Of a stretch of 64,000 nt of DNA, positions 60,453-64,000 are shown piece after piece. The notes beneath the pieces were generated by a model. The model made no database searches, was not told the origin of the DNA, and saw only the letters and a list, made by a program, of their open reading frames with translations. Location: positions 124,001-188,000 of IMG/VR virus record IMGVR_UViG_3300028364_000014; one strand, 5' to 3'. The position numbers and the translations under genes were made by a program. Every line of letters begins with the position of its first letter. Within the stretch, counting starts at the first letter, position 1.

Positions 60453-60669
60453 GTAATTTCTCCTTATAAGATATCTAGTTACTCCACTATCTATAAGAAA
60501 GTTAGTTAACTATCACTAAAAATAGGGTAAAGTTCTTGCATAATAACTATTAAATCATCTTGCATTTTTAGTTCCTCTATATTAGACCAACCCATACCAT
60601 CACTTATAATTACCACAGTGTAATCGTCGTAAGGTTCAAGACTTTTTATTAATTCTTTTTTTGTCATAC

Positions 60670-61446
60670 TTATTCCTTATAATTAGATGTAATATAATCA
60701 TACATAATTTCTTCTACTAGTTTTTCAACTTTTTCTGTCTCTGGTTTTTCTGGTAAATCACACTTTTGATAAATTTCTTTGGTTTTTTCAAATAACATAT
60801 CTGATTCACTTTTAACTTCGTCTAGAGTCCATTTACCATTCTTAATATCAATAAGTTCCTGAGAATCTTTAGTTCTATAAACAGTTAACTCGCCTGTGTC
60901 TAAGAACTCATAACCCATACGAAGTAACCTAATACTATGACTTGCCATTTTTGAATCGTAACCTACTTTATCGACCAACCTCTTTCTTTTAGCCCCCATA
61001 TAACCTTCAAATTTTAACTTATTAACCCTTGCTAGTTGCCCATGAGCATAACCTACATAAGCATTGTACGCTCTCTTAGACGAGAATAAATCCCTATTAT
61101 TTAGCAAAGCCTTACCATAAATATTTGTTTTTAAATAGTGGTCTTTGTGCAACCACAAAATAGGCATTACATTAGGGTTAGATTTTAATAACATACTTAT
61201 CATTTTTTTAAATTCATAATGAACTACGTCATATTGTCCTATAAAACTTTCTTGTACCTCTTTAATTTTTCCTAAACCAAGATACTCTAATACGGGAGCA
61301 AAGTATACACCCATAAGGTCAACATCATCAGAGCTGTTTGGTTGGTCAGGAGGTATAAACGTATTGTGGGAAACACTTCCTCTATATGTTGCCAATAAAG
61401 TTCTATCATTGAACATCTCCAACATCTTTTCTTTCTCTCCCATCAT
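60670..61446 (-). CDS. Predicted nucleotidyltransferase (Pol-beta fold, RlaP/PF10127-like)
   Basis: RGSVSHN..SDDVDLMGVY, LLKSNPN and K.ASHSIRLL. Confidence 0.8.
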   Translation of the reverse strand: MMGEKEKMLEMFNDRTLLATYRGSVSHNTFIPPDQPNSSDDVDLMGVYFAPVLEYLGLGKIKEVQESFIGQYDVVHYEFKKMISMLLKSNPNVMPILWLHKDHYLKTNIYGKALLNNRDLFSSKRAYNAYVGYAHGQLARVNKLKFEGYMGAKRKRLVDKVGYDSKMASHSIRLLRMGYEFLDTGELTVYRTKDSQELIDIKNGKWTLDEVKSESDMLFEKTKEIYQKCDLPEKPETEKVEKLVEEIMYDYITSNYKE

Positions 61447-61759
61447 TAATCACCTGTAATCCTTTACTATCTATTTTAAACCCATTATCCCTAGCCGCAA
61501 AAAACCGTGAGGTATGTTTAGATTTTTTTAAATTAGTAACATAATCAATTTTATCTTGAGACATTGCACTAGAACCAAAGAACAGTCCTTCGGGGTCATT
61601 TCTATAATCCCACACGCCTCCTAAACTTTCTGAACCATCTTCTTCAATAATTACTTCCAAAGCAAGACCCACGGGGTGAAAAAACTGTCTGTTAGCTTCT
61701 TGTAAAAACCCTAATTCTCTAAACTCCTTTATATTCATTCTTTTAATATCTTCGGGCAT
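61406..61759 (-). CDS. Hypothetical phage protein
   Basis: GFLQEANRQFFHPVGLAL. Confidence 0.65.
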   Translation of the reverse strand: MPEDIKRMNIKEFRELGFLQEANRQFFHPVGLALEVIIEEDGSESLGGVWDYRNDPEGLFFGSSAMSQDKIDYVTNLKKSKHTSRFFAARDNGFKIDSKGLQVINDGRERKDVGDVQ

Positions 61760-61761
61760 CC

Positions 61762-61908
61762 CTAATTCTCCTCATTTAAAATATCTATTGCGTAATCATA
61801 TCCTTCCCAGTTATCTACCCCCGCTTGTTCTAAAGCCCTCATAAAACTTGAATCCTCTAAAAGACTTTCATACTCTTTAACTGTAATTGTTATAGTTTTT
61901 TCCGTCAT
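61762..61908 (-). CDS. Small conserved-type phage protein (48 aa)
   Basis: MTEKTITI...ALEQAGVDNWEGYDYA; below the ORF-track cutoff. Confidence 0.6.
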   Translation of the reverse strand: MTEKTITITVKEYESLLEDSSFMRALEQAGVDNWEGYDYAIDILNEEN

Positions 61909-61946
61909 TCACCCGTCTCCCTACATTTAAAATTTCCATTTTAACC

Positions 61947-62585
61947 CTATACATAATCTTTACAAATACCAAAAGTTTTTCTATGTAGTTTATTTAAACC
62001 ATAAGTCTTAATTGCGTCTCTATGTTTTTGGGTACCATATCCTTTATTGTTAGCTATGTCCCAAATATTGTAGTAATCGATATCAGGTAAATTTAAAATA
62101 GCATTATCTCTATAAGTTTTAGCTATTATAGAGGCCGCGGCTATTGATAACACTAAAGCATCTCCACCTACAATCGGCTGTTGATACTCATTTACCATCT
62201 TAAGATTAATAGGACCGTCTATAAGCACACAGTCATAATTAATATCGTTATCCATATATAATTTAGAAAGAGCCAAAGCCATAGCCTGTTCTGTTGCTCT
62301 AAGAATATTTATATCATCTATAACATCAGGACCAATTTCACCTATACCATAAAAACAATTATCTTTAATTAAATCAGCAAGTTCATTTCTTTTTTTAGCG
62401 GTAAGTTGTTTAGAATCATGCACTTTATTTAATAACTTGGGAATGTTTTGTTGAGGTATGTATACAGATGCGGCTACAACACTACCCCATAAAGTCCCTC
62501 TAGCACACTCATCTATTCCTACCACACAGGAGAAACCCTTACCATACATCTCATTTTCTAAATCATATGTAGGATAAGCCTTCAA
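61947..62585 (-). CDS. rnhB: Ribonuclease HII
   Basis: GIDECARG, DSKQL, LIDG, GDA..SIAAASIIAK..RD and KGYGT..H. Confidence 0.93.
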   Translation of the reverse strand: MKAYPTYDLENEMYGKGFSCVVGIDECARGTLWGSVVAASVYIPQQNIPKLLNKVHDSKQLTAKKRNELADLIKDNCFYGIGEIGPDVIDDINILRATEQAMALALSKLYMDNDINYDCVLIDGPINLKMVNEYQQPIVGGDALVLSIAAASIIAKTYRDNAILNLPDIDYYNIWDIANNKGYGTQKHRDAIKTYGLNKLHRKTFGICKDYV

Positions 62586-63055
62586 TATAATTATCCAGCC
62601 ACATTGGATCTAAATCTGCTCAAAACATCTGGTTTGCTATAAGCATTAGAAACTGCTTCATCTCTGCGGTCAGCTGTATGTACAACTCTATCTGTTTTAT
62701 TTATTTCTCTCTGAACATCAAACACATAGTCATCGCACTTTCTACTCTTATTAAGTTTAATTGTTGTTTTTTTAATAAGGCATTTTCTATTAGATTCGTT
62801 CTTACAAAAAGCACATTTAATTTTCATTATCTATCTCCAATATTTAAAAATGTCATTTAATCTTATGTTATAATATAATACTTAAGTTTAATTTGTCAAG
62901 TATTTATTTTTTTTAATACCTCATAATATACACAGGTGAGTCATTCATAATACTAAAGTATAAAACAGGTAATTCTATAAACGCTATAAGAAACGTTAAT
63001 ACTAGTATAGCAATCAACACACTACATGCTTTAGTCATTAGAAATTTAACCCTCC

Positions 63056-63658
63056 TTACTTCAATCTATTACCAATCTCAATATTTCGTATAATATCTTG
63101 CCAAGTATTTACCCTAGTAATAATATCCGGGTTAAAATTAAGCCAACTATTCCAAGGACGAGTAAGCACCATTAACCCTTTACGCCATCTAAGCTGTGCT
63201 TGTGCCATTTCTTCTAAATTAGGAAGACAATCATCGACATAACAATCAAGTTTATATTTCTTAATATGTTGTCCTTTCTCATTACCGTCAGTCATAACCA
63301 ACTTAGTAAACGGTATATTATTATGACATAACCAAGTAGCAGTAGAGTCTTTAAAATCATGCTCACGTTTAGTTATAATATAAATTTTATGACCTGATTT
63401 ATTTAATATATTTAAACACTTAACTGCATTTTTATAGGGCTTTACTGTAGCCAACATATCCTCTGAGTGAACAGCCCATGTCATAGCACTACACATAGCT
63501 TTCTGTTTTTCCTCATTCGCTGTAAATATGTTTTTTTGAAACCAAAAATGATTCAAATCTTCTACCTTAGCATTTGTACCAAGCTCATAATTACAATAAT
63601 CTATAGCCATGTGAGCTGTCTTACTTATTACTTCATCCAAATCAAAACCTAGATTCAT
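63056..63658 (-). CDS. HAD-family 5'(3')-deoxyribonucleotidase
   Basis: GFDLDEV, IITKR and YVDD. Confidence 0.8.
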   Translation of the reverse strand: MNLGFDLDEVISKTAHMAIDYCNYELGTNAKVEDLNHFWFQKNIFTANEEKQKAMCSAMTWAVHSEDMLATVKPYKNAVKCLNILNKSGHKIYIITKREHDFKDSTATWLCHNNIPFTKLVMTDGNEKGQHIKKYKLDCYVDDCLPNLEEMAQAQLRWRKGLMVLTRPWNSWLNFNPDIITRVNTWQDIIRNIEIGNRLK

Positions 63659-63667
63659 TTAATCTCC

Positions 63668-63988
63668 TTAAACATCAGCGTTATAAATATTAGAACCATC
63701 TTCGTCTGCTACAACCAATCTACCGTTATATTCAATATTTCTTTTATAAGGTCTTGGGTTAAATGAATCTGTTTTAACAGCATAATGTATCTGACATCCT
63801 GCCACTAGCATGTTACCAATCTCAAGATACCAATTAGTTGACCCTTTATTAGTTTTAATTCCTAAAGTTTCTTCATCGTTTCTAATACCTTTAACCGTAC
63901 CGAATACAGCTCTGTACATTTGACCATCTGGAGCAAAAAACCAACCATCAGTAGTCACTACTGCTTTTTGTCCTTCTTCTATTTTCAT
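63668..63988 (-). CDS. Hypothetical phage protein
   Basis: TTDGWFFAPDGQMYRAVFG. Confidence 0.65.
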   Translation of the reverse strand: MKIEEGQKAVVTTDGWFFAPDGQMYRAVFGTVKGIRNDEETLGIKTNKGSTNWYLEIGNMLVAGCQIHYAVKTDSFNPRPYKRNIEYNGRLVVADEDGSNIYNADV

Positions 63989-64000
63989 TTTAATCCCTCT

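Noticed and set aside
1-64000. Stop-codon reassignment / suppressor tRNAs
   Set aside because: Long genes end cleanly at TAA, TAG and TGA, and no tRNA has a CTA, TTA or TCA anticodon.

Overview
This AT-rich, gene-dense window looks like part of a large (jumbo) bacteriophage genome using the standard genetic code. The DnaK sequence and a DUF5320-like peptide hint at an anaerobic, deltaproteobacterial-type host, which is an inference. Genes run on the + strand from 1 to about 38.7 kb and on the - strand from about 38.9 to 64 kb. The + block carries a phiEco32-like peptide/amide-ligase cluster (amidoligase, two Ntn glutamine amidotransferases, COOH-NH2 ligase, two ATP-grasp enzymes, a GNAT), RuvB, a sigma factor and a CCA-adding enzyme. 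It then runs through about 22 kb of small ORFs mixed with roughly 16 tRNA or tRNA-like genes, plus an RlmJ-like methyltransferase, a PHA-type hydrolase, a cyclopropane fatty-acid synthase interrupted at its 3' end by a tnpB-only IS, RNase HI and an HD hydrolase. The - block carries DnaK, a PgpH-like HD domain, an intein-containing Clp AAA+ protein, a Rad52/Sak annealase, Dam and a split DNA methyltransferase, UDG, a PAS-only sensor, dCMP deaminase, DNA ligase, HNH, a nucleotidyltransferase, RNase HII and a 5'-nucleotidase. The most unusual signal is non-coding: two, possibly three, RNAs that mimic the 23S rRNA L11-binding/GTPase-associated centre (H42-H44) with large inserts; a recurring unnamed stem/CGAA-ACUU internal-loop motif in six copies, one circularly permuted inside a tRNA anticodon loop; and several tRNA scaffolds carrying large cargo or non-canonical arms. 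All calls come from reading the sequence by eye, with no database searches.
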